Below are positions 39,066 through 49,958 of a stretch of 64,000 bases of DNA, piece by piece. The notes below the pieces were generated by a model. The model was not told where the DNA came from. It ran no database searches and worked only from the letters and a program-made list of their open reading frames with translations. The position numbers were made by a program, and so were the translations under genes. The first letter of the stretch is position 1. Every line of letters starts with the position of its first letter. Source of the DNA: Candidatus Cloacimonadales bacterium (GTDB taxonomy: Bacteria > Cloacimonadota > Cloacimonadia > Cloacimonadales > JAIOQZ01); NCBI GenBank assembly GCA_963674825.1, contig OY771587.1:1376001-1440000 (forward strand), read 5' to 3'.

Positions 39066-41276
39066 TTACATCACAAATCCATTTTCCCAGGTGTCTCGAA
39101 GGGTATCGCCTTCCGTATCAATCAGGTTGTTGATCGTGAAGCGTTTGTCGGTCACCATACCGATCTTGCGAGCCGTTGTGCCATGCTTCCGGCAGATATC
39201 TTCGATTGCCTGAACATCCTTCTCTTCGCAGGAAATCACGATGCGACTATGCGCTTCGCCAAAGAGCTCGAAATCGGCTCGATACTGCATGGGGAGGTCG
39301 ATTGCCGCGCCCAGATTCTTCATCCCGGGCTGGAAACACGATTCCGCGATCGCGACGGCCAATCCGCCATCGGAGCAGTCGTGGGCCGAAGAAGCCAGCT
39401 TCTTGCCGGCGATATCCAGGAATGACGCGTACAGAGTGTTTTCCTTCTCCAGATCGACCTTCGGAGCGTACCCGGCGATGGTACCGTGGATCTCCTTCAA
39501 GTATTCAGAGCCGCCGATCTCATCGCACGGATCACCCAGCAGAAGGATGGCGTCGCCACTCTTCTTGAACCAGGAGGTGACCTTGGTGGAATGGTCTTCG
39601 ATGAGGCCCAGCATACCGATGGTTGGCGTGGGATAGACCGCTGCGGTCGGATTCTCGTTGTAAAACGAGACGTTTCCTCCGGTTACGGGCGTGTCGAATT
39701 TCCGGCATGCGTCGCCCATACCGCGAATGGCTTCGGTGAACGTCCAGTAGACTTCCGGCTTGTAGGGGTTGCCGAAGTTGAGGCAGTTGGTGATGGCAAG
39801 CGGCTTTGCGCCGGAGCAAACCACGTTACGCGCCGATTCCGCGACTGCGCCCTTCGCGCCTTCGTACGGATCGAGATAGACGTGGCGTCCGTTACAGTCA
39901 GTGCAGACCGCGATTGCCTTGTTGGTTCCCTGGATGCGAACCACCGCGGCGTCGCTGCCCGGCTCGACCATCGTGTTAACCTGCACCATGTGGTCGTACT
40001 GCTGGAATACCGCTTTCTTGGACGCTATATTGGGCGTTCCGATCAGCTTTCTCAGAACTTCGTTGTAGTCCTTCGGTTCTTCGATAGACTGTGGATCGAA
40101 AGCACGCGTTTTCTTCAGGTATTCGGGTTCTTTCGTATCGCGCTTATAGACGGGTGCTTCACCACCAAGAACCAGCATCTGCGCCGGTAACTCGGCTTTG
40201 AGATCACCGTTTTCGAGGATGCGCAGCATGCCGTCGTTTTTCACCACGCCGATCTTCTCTGCGTGCAGATCCCATTTTACGAAGATCTCTTCCACCTTCG
40301 CGTAGTTCTCGGGTTTCACCACCAGCAACATGCGTTCCTGCGATTCGGACAACATGATTTCATAGGGAGTCATACCGGTTTCGCGTTGTGGAACCTTGCT
40401 CACGTCGAGCTCGATCCCCATGTTCTCTTTCGCAGCCATTTCACTGCTGGAGCAGGTCAGGCCGGCAGCGCCCATGTCCTGGATACCCACAACCAGACCT
40501 TTCTCGATTACTTCCAGCGTCGCCTCAAGCAGGAGCTTCTCCATGAAGGGATCGCCCACCTGTACTGCAGTGCGTTTCTCTTCCGATTCCTCTGTGAGTT
40601 CCACCGAAGCGAACGTAGCACCGTGGATACCGTCGCGGCCGGTCTTGGAGCCGACGTAGATCACCCAGTTGCCCACGCCTCGGGCGGCTGCCTTGGCGAT
40701 ATTATCGTGGCGAAGCAGGCCAACGGCCATGGCGTTCACCAGTGGGTTACCTTCGTAGCTCTTCTCGAAGTAAACTTCACCGCCGACGGTCGGGACGCCG
40801 AAGCAGTTGCCGTAGTCCGCAATACCGGAAACAACGCCGTTGATCAGGTGACGCACCTGGGGCGATTCGGGATCGCCGAAGCGAAGCGAATCGAGCGCCG
40901 CGATGGGACGCGCACCCATGGTAAAGATGTCGCGCAGGATACCGCCGACTCCGGTTGCAGCTCCGTGATAAGGCTCGACAGCCGAAGGGTGGTTGTGGCT
41001 TTCGATCTTGAACGAGATTGCCAGACCTTCGCCGATATCGACGACGCCGGCGTTCTCTTCGCCGGTCTTGGTCAGGAGCGATTTGCCTTCGCGGGGCAGC
41101 GTCTTGAGCTGGAGGATCGAATTTTTGTAGCTGGCATGCTCCGACCACATAACCGAGATGATGCCCAGTTCGGTAAAGGTTATTTCGCGTCCAAGTTTGT
41201 CCAGAACGTGCTGGTATTCTTCGGGGGTAAGCCCGTGTTCAGCGATCAGTTCAGGGGTGATTTTAGGTTCTTGCAT
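39066..41276 (-). CDS. purL: Phosphoribosylformylglycinamidine synthase subunit PurL (small type)
   Basis: MWSEH.SYK, ESHNHPS, QDMGAAG, SESQERM and GGNVSFYN motifs. Confidence 0.97.
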   Translation of the reverse strand: MQEPKITPELIAEHGLTPEEYQHVLDKLGREITFTELGIISVMWSEHASYKNSILQLKTLPREGKSLLTKTGEENAGVVDIGEGLAISFKIESHNHPSAVEPYHGAATGVGGILRDIFTMGARPIAALDSLRFGDPESPQVRHLINGVVSGIADYGNCFGVPTVGGEVYFEKSYEGNPLVNAMAVGLLRHDNIAKAAARGVGNWVIYVGSKTGRDGIHGATFASVELTEESEEKRTAVQVGDPFMEKLLLEATLEVIEKGLVVGIQDMGAAGLTCSSSEMAAKENMGIELDVSKVPQRETGMTPYEIMLSESQERMLLVVKPENYAKVEEIFVKWDLHAEKIGVVKNDGMLRILENGDLKAELPAQMLVLGGEAPVYKRDTKEPEYLKKTRAFDPQSIEEPKDYNEVLRKLIGTPNIASKKAVFQQYDHMVQVNTMVEPGSDAAVVRIQGTNKAIAVCTDCNGRHVYLDPYEGAKGAVAESARNVVCSGAKPLAITNCLNFGNPYKPEVYWTFTEAIRGMGDACRKFDTPVTGGNVSFYNENPTAAVYPTPTIGMLGLIEDHSTKVTSWFKKSGDAILLLGDPCDEIGGSEYLKEIHGTIAGYAPKVDLEKENTLYASFLDIAGKKLASSAHDCSDGGLAVAIAESCFQPGMKNLGAAIDLPMQYRADFELFGEAHSRIVISCEEKDVQAIEDICRKHGTTARKIGMVTDKRFTINNLIDTEGDTLRDTWENGFVM

Positions 41277-41283
41277 GATGTCC

Positions 41284-42345
41284 TCATTTATCGTTATTTA
41301 CATATTCTATCAATGACTGGATGTGAGTATCGATGCGCATGAAAGCGTATCGATACTGGTCGAGGGTACCACCATAGGGATCCTCGATATCGGTTCCATT
41401 TCCACCGAATTCCGACAGCAGCCGCACTTTGTGGCGTGCGTAGGGAACCATGGCAAGAAGCTGCTCGCGGTGACTTTCGGTCATTACCACCAGCAACCAC
41501 GACCTGCGGATAATCAGGTTGTTGATCTGTGTAGAGCGATGCATCGTGGCGTTGATGCCCTGATCGCGCAGAAGCGTCTCCGAATGCTTCGAGATTGCGT
41601 TTCCGCTCGGCAGGAATCCGGCAGACTCGCTACGTAGCTCCAGACCATCTTTCTCTATGCGATCCTTCAGCAGATACTCAGCTATGGGACTGCGACAGAT
41701 GTTGCCGGTACAAATGAATGTAATCAGTGGCTTTTGCAACGATTCGCGCAGTTCGGATTCCGGGATGCTTCCTTCCCGCAGGATTTCCAGCTTTTCTTCG
41801 CACCGCATGATTGTCGATGGCTGCGGCTCCCATGTCATGGGCTCTTCCACGTAGAAGGAGAGCGATTCATGGAACTTGCGGTAGATGTCGTCGAGGTTGT
41901 CCAGCGGATTCTCACCGGCTTTATTGATACTGGTGGAAACGATCGGTGTTCCCAACCGCTCGATAAACTTGCGCAGGTTGAACGCAGTGGGGATTCTGAT
42001 CGCCAGCGCTCCGTCCATCGCCAGATGCTGGAACGCTGTGCCATGATATGGCAACACGAAGGTCAGGTTGCCAGGTGAATACTGCTCCATCAAGCGTCGG
42101 CAGTTGACCGAAATGCTAACATCCATCTTTTCCAGCCAACTCGCGTCCGGAATCAGAACGATGTAGCCCTTGCCGGACTGACGGTTCTTGATCTGGTTGA
42201 TTTTCTCGATCGCTTTGTTGTCGCGCGCGTCGCATCCGACACCGAACATGTGCCCGGTGTGGTGCAGATAAACCGGATGTCCAAGCGTTACTTCACGCCG
42301 GATCGCCTCGAAATTTTTCAGGTCATTTGTGTTGATTACCTGCAT
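41284..42345 (-). CDS. Sua5/TsaC-like domain fused to a low-molecular-weight protein phosphatase
   Basis: KNR, PGNLT, AIRIP, STSIN, PSTI, LREG; C-terminal CTGNICRS and DIEDPYG. Confidence 0.88.
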   Translation of the reverse strand: MQVINTNDLKNFEAIRREVTLGHPVYLHHTGHMFGVGCDARDNKAIEKINQIKNRQSGKGYIVLIPDASWLEKMDVSISVNCRRLMEQYSPGNLTFVLPYHGTAFQHLAMDGALAIRIPTAFNLRKFIERLGTPIVSTSINKAGENPLDNLDDIYRKFHESLSFYVEEPMTWEPQPSTIMRCEEKLEILREGSIPESELRESLQKPLITFICTGNICRSPIAEYLLKDRIEKDGLELRSESAGFLPSGNAISKHSETLLRDQGINATMHRSTQINNLIIRRSWLLVVMTESHREQLLAMVPYARHKVRLLSEFGGNGTDIEDPYGGTLDQYRYAFMRIDTHIQSLIEYVNNDK

Positions 42346-42358
42346 AACTCACTCATTC

Positions 42359-43447
42359 TTATTCCAGATATTGTTTGGGATCAACGGGGATTCGCCGTTT
42401 GCGCAGCTCGAAATGAACCAGCGGCTGCTTGGCGGTCCCGGTCTTACCGGAAAGCGCGATCACGTCGCTGCGTTTCACGTGATCACCCTTGGTCACCAGG
42501 ATTTGTCCGTTGTGGCTGTACGTTGTCAAAAAGCCGTTCTGGTGGTCAATAATAATCGTCTTTCCGGCGCTTTCATACCATTCGGCGAAGACTACCACAC
42601 CATCTTCGGCAGCCATCACATTGCTTCCTTCGGGAAGCGCGATATCGATTCCGTTACTGTGGAATTTGCTTGAATTGGAGACGTATTCGCCGAATTCGCG
42701 GATGACCTTTCCTTTGCCGGGCCAGGCGATATTACCGCGAGCGAATTTGTAGGTGTATTCGTCTTTCTCGCTGGCGTACTCGAGCTTGGTGATGAGGTCT
42801 TCCAGTTGCTCGGCTTCCTTGCTGAGCTGCGAGAGGGCCTCTTCCGACTCACTCTTCTTGATATCGTACATCTTCACTTTTTCATTCAATTGCTTGATCT
42901 TGCCGGAAAGTTGCTCGCTCTCTTTCTCGCTCTGCTTGCGCTTCGAGGTGGTCGTCTTGACTTCCTTCTCCAGCTTGCCTTTGGTAGATGAGAGGTTGCG
43001 AACGCTGCTTTCTGCGTCACGAATGGTGGTCACGGTCTGGTTGATCATCTTGGAGATCATGAAGCGATCGCCGTAGCGATCGATGCCAGGTGAATATTCG
43101 AGGAAAAAGAGTCGCAGGAATTCCTCACGGCAGAGGCTTTTCAGTTGCGCTTCGCGGTATTCGGCGTTCTGAAGCTGGCTGCTTGTGCGTTTAAGTTCGC
43201 TTGTTTTATCTTGAAGTGATGAGATCAGGCTCTTGAGTGTCTTCTGCGTGCCTTTTACCTTACGGGAATACTCCTGGATATCGTCGAGCGCGTTTTTTTT
43301 GAGCTTCTCCTGCTTCTCGATACTCTCGCGCTCTTTCTCGATCTGCTCCTGAAGCTTTTCGAGACGCTCCTTCTTCGTCTTCAGGTCTTGCCCGAAAAGC
43401 ATTGCGAACGCGAGAATTACGATCAGAGTAACCCAGAACGTCTTCAA
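42359..43447 (-). CDS. EnvC-like coiled-coil plus M23 murein hydrolase activator
   Basis: Signal peptide and long coiled coil; M23 domain with SNGIDI, YSHN and VHFE (first Zn ligand appears degenerate); TTG start. Confidence 0.85.
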   Translation of the reverse strand: MKTFWVTLIVILAFAMLFGQDLKTKKERLEKLQEQIEKERESIEKQEKLKKNALDDIQEYSRKVKGTQKTLKSLISSLQDKTSELKRTSSQLQNAEYREAQLKSLCREEFLRLFFLEYSPGIDRYGDRFMISKMINQTVTTIRDAESSVRNLSSTKGKLEKEVKTTTSKRKQSEKESEQLSGKIKQLNEKVKMYDIKKSESEEALSQLSKEAEQLEDLITKLEYASEKDEYTYKFARGNIAWPGKGKVIREFGEYVSNSSKFHSNGIDIALPEGSNVMAAEDGVVVFAEWYESAGKTIIIDHQNGFLTTYSHNGQILVTKGDHVKRSDVIALSGKTGTAKQPLVHFELRKRRIPVDPKQYLE

Positions 43448-43582
43448 CTATGTATCCCCAATGTCATCTCATGAACGAGATGCTGTTTTCCCTGACGATA
43501 AATTGTGAACAGCATCGTGTGTCAAGCGAATGATTTAGGAAGAAGATGACCCTATCTCTGTGAGATCTACTCAGACAACTGG

Positions 43583-45460
43583 TTATCTGAGCCTTGCTGC
43601 CTTTCTCTTGTGATTATCGATCAGCATCTCAAGTGGTGGATATTCACATGAGGTTATATTGTTGCGGTTCGTTGAAACAATCGTCACATAATAAAAACGC
43701 CTATACGGAGGAATCGGAGCGACCCAGGCATTGTCTGTGAATTGGCCTGTTTGATCAGCAATGAAAGGACCATTGGAATTAGCAGAAGAGTAGACGATGA
43801 AATAAAAATTGCTTAGACCGTCATTAATATTCGTACAGGTTAGGACGACTTGATTGTTGACAAAGTCAATTGTCACATCTGGTGGCGTAAGCTGAAATTG
43901 ATAATAGGGAAACACACCGATATCTCTTCTCGTGCCATCTGGGTCGGTTGAGCTTGGGTATCCGGCATCGATGCACGGAGATTTTGTACCGTCAACGACT
44001 GGATAATTTTCCCATGTTATCTGGTAAGGTTCCTGATTTCCTCCCTGAAAAAGCGGATCGCAGCTGATATTGCCGGGACCGCTATAAGTACCTCCCTGAA
44101 TATCACAGTAGCGGAAGACATCATCATAGGCAAAGTTATAATATACAGGAAAAGATGAATTACCCCAAATTATCGTATTGGCAATGAGAGGATAACAGGA
44201 ATCATCCGCGTAAAGACCACCGCCAACAGCCCCAGTTTGATCTACCTCGTTATCGACGATTGTGTTATTGATCAAGACGGGATAGCATGTTTGATACATC
44301 GCGATGCCACCGCCGAATTCCTGGGCATGATTGCGTGACAACACCGTGTAATTGATTTCGGCATGGGAATAATTGAGATAAATTCCTCCACCCGCAATTG
44401 CATCGTTTTTCGTAACAACACAGGTATCGACCAAAATGTTTGAGTATCGGCAGAAAATTCCTCCGCCTACGTTGTCGGGCCAGTCGCCTTGTGCTTTGCC
44501 ATATTCTATTTTGCATTGTACCAGTTGTGAACGATCATAGCTGTTCGTGTTGTTGTTGATAAACCGTAGACCGCCCCAACCGGTGGTTGTATCCTGAGCA
44601 GTAAAGAAGATGTTCATGTCCTCGGTTCCTTGTGCGATCAATTGACCATATACGGTAAATTTGTAGTGCCCGGTAAATATCACGTTGACGCCTGCTTCGA
44701 TGATCAACGTTGCTGTTGTATCTACCTGAATGTCTCCACCAATCATGTACGGTCCACCGTCGAGCGTCCAGGCACCCGAGACGGAGCCCGTGGCGATGTC
44801 AGTAGGCTCGCTGTACGAGTACAGACCGTAGCCATCAACAACCAATTCATCAATTTTATACGAAAGCTTTACAACCTTGTTTTAAATACCGCCGGTCGCC
44901 TCAATAACCTCTACCCATTGATTTGTTGGATCATTTTCATTTCTACCATAGCATAAGCGTGCATGATCATTATATGATGATCTGATGAATGCTGCACCAG
45001 ATTGAACTTGTGTGCTTGTAATTGCTGTCGAGTTTTGCGCCAAATAGTCACAACTACAATTCCAAATATCAGAGATCTCCCAACACCTCCCAACAAATCC
45101 AGAGCAATCGATACCGGCAGCCCAGGATAATGAATTAGGTATGCTGGCTTGCCAATGCGCACTATGAGCACCGGGACCTTTGCTTCCATTTACATAATCG
45201 TTGTTCCATTGGCTGAAAGAGTCTTTTCCTCCATAATGATAGGGCATTCCATACAATGTATCGGCGATACTATCTACCCAGTCACATGGGTAATCTTCGG
45301 TATAGCCTTGATGCGGATCATTTGTTTCAGTGTAATGATTCCAGATATTGGGGCCATCCACCAGCCAAGGCATTTCAAGATATTCTACTGCAAGATTCAT
45401 ATTCACGGCAAACAAGCTTGTGGTTCCAATAATGAGAGCATAGAACAAAAAATATCTCAT
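43583..45460 (-). pseudogene. Secreted NlpC/P60-like plus beta-helix plus FN3-like protein, interrupted by an in-frame TAA at 44882-44884
   Basis: Track ORFs 44882..45484 and 43583..44845 share one frame: ...IEATGGI*NKVVKLSYKIDELVVDG...; motifs GMPYHYGG, GIDCSGFV, DHARL and GGGI repeats. Confidence 0.78.
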
Positions 45461-46338
45461 TTCTCCACTCCTGATTTGCGCCATATTTCGTATTCTATCG
45501 CATTTTCTTTAATGACTAAGTTATATGCAATTCCATCCTTTGATATTATTGGCCACACTCTATCTATGAAATGAATATGGTGGGCAATATGCGAGTCGAA
45601 GACGACATTAGTATAAATAAATGATCCATCTTGCGAAACAACACCGAGTTCTGTAGCGGTTAATGGGGCAACCAAATTTTCGAAGTACAAGTAGTTATCT
45701 CTGTCATAATTCATAAATCGATATCCAATATCGGTATGCCATATCTTTTTCAGGTCAACCGGTTTGTAGGTGAAATCAAACAGCTCCATACTCTTAAGAT
45801 GATATTGGTTATTTTGCAGCACAAGTTCGCCTGCTTGTATCGCTTGAGGTCCATCATATATCATCAATCCGAGTTTACCTTGATAGCTTTCAATGAAACT
45901 GAAACCATAATAAAATCTTCCACCCTGCTTAACAGTATGATAATCAACAAGCTCAAGATTCATGGAATATCTCCTGACGCATACAACACTCATATCTCCG
46001 CTCATTGTGTAAATCATTCCATCATGATATCCAAGAAAACGGATGACATCCCCAGCGCCCTTTTCATCTTTCGATGCGCAGATGAAGTTGCCGTTTACAT
46101 CGAATTTCTTGATGATGTTTTTTCGTCGGGTCAGAATGTAGATATTCTCTTCTTCATCTACGGTGAAGCTTGTTGGTCCTGAATCCAGCTCTTCATAGCC
46201 TTCTGGTACGAGTTGCAAACTCAACTGGTTTTCCGCTTCCCCCATGGGAAGTTCGACGACGGTCTTTTCGTATATCCAGGTTTCGGCTGCAAGCAGACTG
46301 CACACCATCAGCATAATAGCGAATGTAAAGTTTTTCAT
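45457..46338 (-). CDS. Secreted hypothetical protein, possible NHL/beta-propeller-like
   Basis: GGAGG RBS; signal peptide; GPTSFTVDEEENIYIL...IKKFDVNG; ATGA overlap with the next gene. Confidence 0.7.
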   Translation of the reverse strand: MKNFTFAIMLMVCSLLAAETWIYEKTVVELPMGEAENQLSLQLVPEGYEELDSGPTSFTVDEEENIYILTRRKNIIKKFDVNGNFICASKDEKGAGDVIRFLGYHDGMIYTMSGDMSVVCVRRYSMNLELVDYHTVKQGGRFYYGFSFIESYQGKLGLMIYDGPQAIQAGELVLQNNQYHLKSMELFDFTYKPVDLKKIWHTDIGYRFMNYDRDNYLYFENLVAPLTATELGVVSQDGSFIYTNVVFDSHIAHHIHFIDRVWPIISKDGIAYNLVIKENAIEYEIWRKSGVEK

Positions 46339-46452
46339 AGACCCTCCCATTACTCCCTGAATGATAATATGTGAACATAGTTATGTTTATTAGTTGATCG
46401 TAGTATTGTCAACTGTTTTCTTTGTAAGTATTACTGGATTATTATGTGAAAA

Positions 46453-46496
46453 GCCCGGAAATCACCATAAGAATATTCTTACTGCAATTTCCGGGC
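46453..46496 (-). terminator. Long hairpin, probable terminator after the GH13 gene
   Basis: GCCCGGAAAT...ATTTCCGGGC enclosing the palindrome TAAGAATATTCTTA; T-run on the minus strand. Confidence 0.6.
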
Positions 46497-46524
46497 AAAA
46501 TACGCCCTAGGCTATGTGTTTGCT

Positions 46525-49500
46525 CTACTCTTCCTCTTCAGGCTCCGTTTCCTTTTCGGCGGAGAAGAGACTCAACAGATTTTCGAGCTGATAACCGGAG
46601 TCCTGGCTGGCGCTGAGCAGCTTCGCGATGGTTCGGTGCTGTTCCCGCAGGCTCGTGGTAATCTCTTTTTCGTCCTCGAGTTCACTGAGCGCACCCAGGA
46701 TGCCGACCGTAAACAACCATCCCATCAGGTATTCGAACATCTCTTTGTTGAACCACAATACGTCGTGGTAGCGGTTCACCTGTATCCAGGAGCGGATATC
46801 TTCGCTCTCCAGCAGTTCTTCAAGGGTATCGGAGATCGTTCTGCCGTTCTCGTGCCACCAGTTCTGGAACTCGGTGAGAATACGGATTATACCCACGGTG
46901 AGCATGGTGTCTTGCTCCGAGAAGCCAAGCGCGCGATAGACATCGTACATCTTGCGGTCGAGTAGCCATTCTTCCATAAACGCGCGACTTCGCAGTGGAG
47001 CACCGGGACCTGCCTCGATTTCGCCGATACGGTGGACAAGCGCCCATCCGGCGATTGTCTGGAAGCCCTTCGGGGTCTCGAACAGCTTCATGACCATCGG
47101 TTCGATATCAGCCATACCTTTCATATGCTCCGTGAGTAGGCCCTTGTGGAGAATGAGCTCGAATTCACTCTCCAGCTTCTTGCAGATTGCATCGATATCG
47201 CCGTCGGCATGGGTGAGTTCGATCATGCGCTGTAAGAGCGGTTTGATCTTGTCTGCGACATAAGGCGGCATCTCGATTTCCGGTTTACCTTCGCTTTCGG
47301 TGAGGTCCATTAACATCTGCGCGTTGAAAACTTCTGTAAAGCGCTCGTGAAGCGGACGCAGGAAGGTCTCTTTTAAAGCCTGGCCAATATCCGGTACACC
47401 GCGGCCCGAAAGGTATTCGTGCAGGTTGGCGTAACGGTGAGAGTGGTCATCTTCCACCTCGTGGAAATCGACATACACCTGATACTTGAACGCGGCAAGC
47501 TCGATATAAAGGCCATTTTCCACTATATCGCGGCTATTACGGATGTACTGGAAGCCACTCACGCTATCGCGGAAGATGACGTAACGACGATTATCCGGCG
47601 TCAGGTGCAGATTGTTCCCGAGCTCATTCGAACGGTCGTCTCTCCGTAATGCTGAGACTTGGATCTTGCCACGTGCTTCCTCAAATTTGTTATTGTATAC
47701 GACCAACGCGTTCTCGTCACCATAGCGGTTTGAATAAGCGAAGACGTTCTGATTGGTGTTTCCGTAGCCGTCAATGAAGTCGTAGAGTACGAAGTTATCT
47801 ACACCTGAAAAAAGGTAGCGCTTGCGCATAACCGGGAATATCTCGCGCTGGTGACGCTGGATGAGATGCTCGTTGGGGTGTTCGTCCCACATCGGCTTAT
47901 AGTATTCCATACCGTAGCGCTCATGATATCCTTCGACCTGCCCGTGCCCGAACATGGGAAGTCCCGGCATGGTGATCATGAGGATGCAAACGCCAAAGTA
48001 TTTATCATCGCTGCCAAATTGTGCGATAGCCGTCTCCTCGTCGGGATTGTTCATGAAATTGACGAAGCGCTTGAGGATCTCTGGGTTGTATTCGAGCACA
48101 TTGCGGATGGTCTCACGATACTTGCCGTTCTCTTCGTTCTTGAGCATATTCATGAAAGCACTATTATAGACACGGTGCATACCCAGCGTGCGCACAAAAT
48201 AGCCTTCCATCAGCCAAAACGCCTCGGCTAGCAGGAGGGTGTCCGGTGCTTCTACCGCCGCACGATCGACCACCTCGCGCCAGAATTCTTCCGGGATCGC
48301 CTTGTCGAAATCCTCTTTGGTCATGCCAAATTCAGCGCGTGACGGGATGTCCCCACCCGATCCGGGTTGCGGGAACCACAGGCGTTGGTAGTGTTTCTTG
48401 GCTAGCGTCATGGCAGCGTCGAAGCGGATGATGGGGAACTGTTTCGCGATATCGATGATCTTGCTGATTACCGCTTGACGTACTTCCGGCAGCAGGTAGT
48501 TGAGCTGCGCGGTATCGTTCCAGGGCATGTTGGTACCGTCGTTTCCGTGATAAATGAATCGTGAGCCGTTTCCGTCGGTGTATTTGAACACGACGGAAGC
48601 GTCTGAACGACTGTAATAATGATCTTCAACCTGGATGGTGACGCCGGGAACCTCGCTTAGGTTAGCGCTGTGAAAGCGATAGGACGGGAACGGCGGATAA
48701 TCGAGCTGAACAAACCAGTCGGGATGCTCCATTACCCATTTCGAATCAATTCCCATATGATTGGGAACCATATCGCTTCCAAGCCTGATTCCGCGCTTCA
48801 TGGCGCGTTCACGCAGGTTGTTGAGGGCTTCTTCCCCACCAAGATCGTCCGCAATCACGTAGTCCCAGAGAGAATATGCGGAAGCGATAGCGTCTTCCTT
48901 GCCAAGCAAGTGTTTGAGCTTTCGCGAGGCATGGCTGCGGCGCCAGATTCCGATCAGCCAGAGTCCGGTGAATCCCCAGCTGGCCAACATGTCGAGCTCT
49001 TCGTCGGGGATCTGATCCAGCCGCTTGATCTCGCGGCGATATTTGCGAGAGAGTTGATTCAGCCACACATAGACCGTCTTGGCCAGCAGAACGAGCCGCG
49101 GCATCCAGTCTTTGTCTGGTGTAAAACGCTCTGGTTCTTCGGTGTATTCCTGGCGTGCGAATTGATAGACGACGCTTTCGCCGGCCCCGTGCATACGCAG
49201 CTTGTCTTCTTCCTTGATGAAGTCAAGTCCGCGCAGAATCATGAAGTAGTATTCGCCAAGGATAGAGCCCCATTTCATACGGATATATTCAAGCTGTTGC
49301 TGAATGGAGTGTGGAAATTTCACCGCCGGTTCGTGCAACATCTCCAGCAGGTTTTGCCGGTCTGTTCCGAATGGTGGAAGCGTGTCAAAGGTCTCCAGCA
49401 GGCTTTTATAGATTCGATCGATCGCGACCTTCTTTTTAAGCCCGTGATGTTCGAAGATATCTTTGAACTGCTCGAAGGCGGTGTTGGAGTCGGTGAGCCA

Positions 49501-49956
49501 GAGGCGGCAGATTTCCTTGAGAGTCAGGAGGCTATTATCGATTCCTTCCGTGCTTTCTTTCAACCACGTAGCGATATCCATTTCATTTTCATACACCGGT
49601 CGCGGTGGAAATTCGTTCAGATAGCGCTCGAACAGGGAATCGATCAGCTCACTGCCATAGTTACGCTTCATCTCAGCGAGCGTGTACTCCATGGTTTTAA
49701 TACCATTCTGTTCAATGTATTTCTGGAACAGAAAGTCGAGGATCTCGTCGATGAGCGCCATACCATTGAGCTGACCCGTTTTAACTGCATCTTCCGGGAA
49801 GGAAACGACGTTACGTTTACGGTTGATCAGCCGGACGACTTTCCGGATGTTCTGCAATTGTTTGAAGACAGCCTTTCCTTCACGTGTGAACAGGCTGGAA
49901 TCGATCTGGTAGCGAAGTCGCGCCTCGCGCGAGACATGGAAACCTGGGTATTGCAT
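46525..49956 (-). CDS. Large alpha-amylase family (GH13) glycoside hydrolase
   Basis: DMVPNH, IRFDAAM (nucleophile), LLAEAFW (acid/base) and FMNNPDE. Confidence 0.9.
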   Translation of the reverse strand: MQYPGFHVSREARLRYQIDSSLFTREGKAVFKQLQNIRKVVRLINRKRNVVSFPEDAVKTGQLNGMALIDEILDFLFQKYIEQNGIKTMEYTLAEMKRNYGSELIDSLFERYLNEFPPRPVYENEMDIATWLKESTEGIDNSLLTLKEICRLWLTDSNTAFEQFKDIFEHHGLKKKVAIDRIYKSLLETFDTLPPFGTDRQNLLEMLHEPAVKFPHSIQQQLEYIRMKWGSILGEYYFMILRGLDFIKEEDKLRMHGAGESVVYQFARQEYTEEPERFTPDKDWMPRLVLLAKTVYVWLNQLSRKYRREIKRLDQIPDEELDMLASWGFTGLWLIGIWRRSHASRKLKHLLGKEDAIASAYSLWDYVIADDLGGEEALNNLRERAMKRGIRLGSDMVPNHMGIDSKWVMEHPDWFVQLDYPPFPSYRFHSANLSEVPGVTIQVEDHYYSRSDASVVFKYTDGNGSRFIYHGNDGTNMPWNDTAQLNYLLPEVRQAVISKIIDIAKQFPIIRFDAAMTLAKKHYQRLWFPQPGSGGDIPSRAEFGMTKEDFDKAIPEEFWREVVDRAAVEAPDTLLLAEAFWLMEGYFVRTLGMHRVYNSAFMNMLKNEENGKYRETIRNVLEYNPEILKRFVNFMNNPDEETAIAQFGSDDKYFGVCILMITMPGLPMFGHGQVEGYHERYGMEYYKPMWDEHPNEHLIQRHQREIFPVMRKRYLFSGVDNFVLYDFIDGYGNTNQNVFAYSNRYGDENALVVYNNKFEEARGKIQVSALRRDDRSNELGNNLHLTPDNRRYVIFRDSVSGFQYIRNSRDIVENGLYIELAAFKYQVYVDFHEVEDDHSHRYANLHEYLSGRGVPDIGQALKETFLRPLHERFTEVFNAQMLMDLTESEGKPEIEMPPYVADKIKPLLQRMIELTHADGDIDAICKKLESEFELILHKGLLTEHMKGMADIEPMVMKLFETPKGFQTIAGWALVHRIGEIEAGPGAPLRSRAFMEEWLLDRKMYDVYRALGFSEQDTMLTVGIIRILTEFQNWWHENGRTISDTLEELLESEDIRSWIQVNRYHDVLWFNKEMFEYLMGWLFTVGILGALSELEDEKEITTSLREQHRTIAKLLSASQDSGYQLENLLSLFSAEKETEPEEEE

Positions 49957-49958
49957 CT

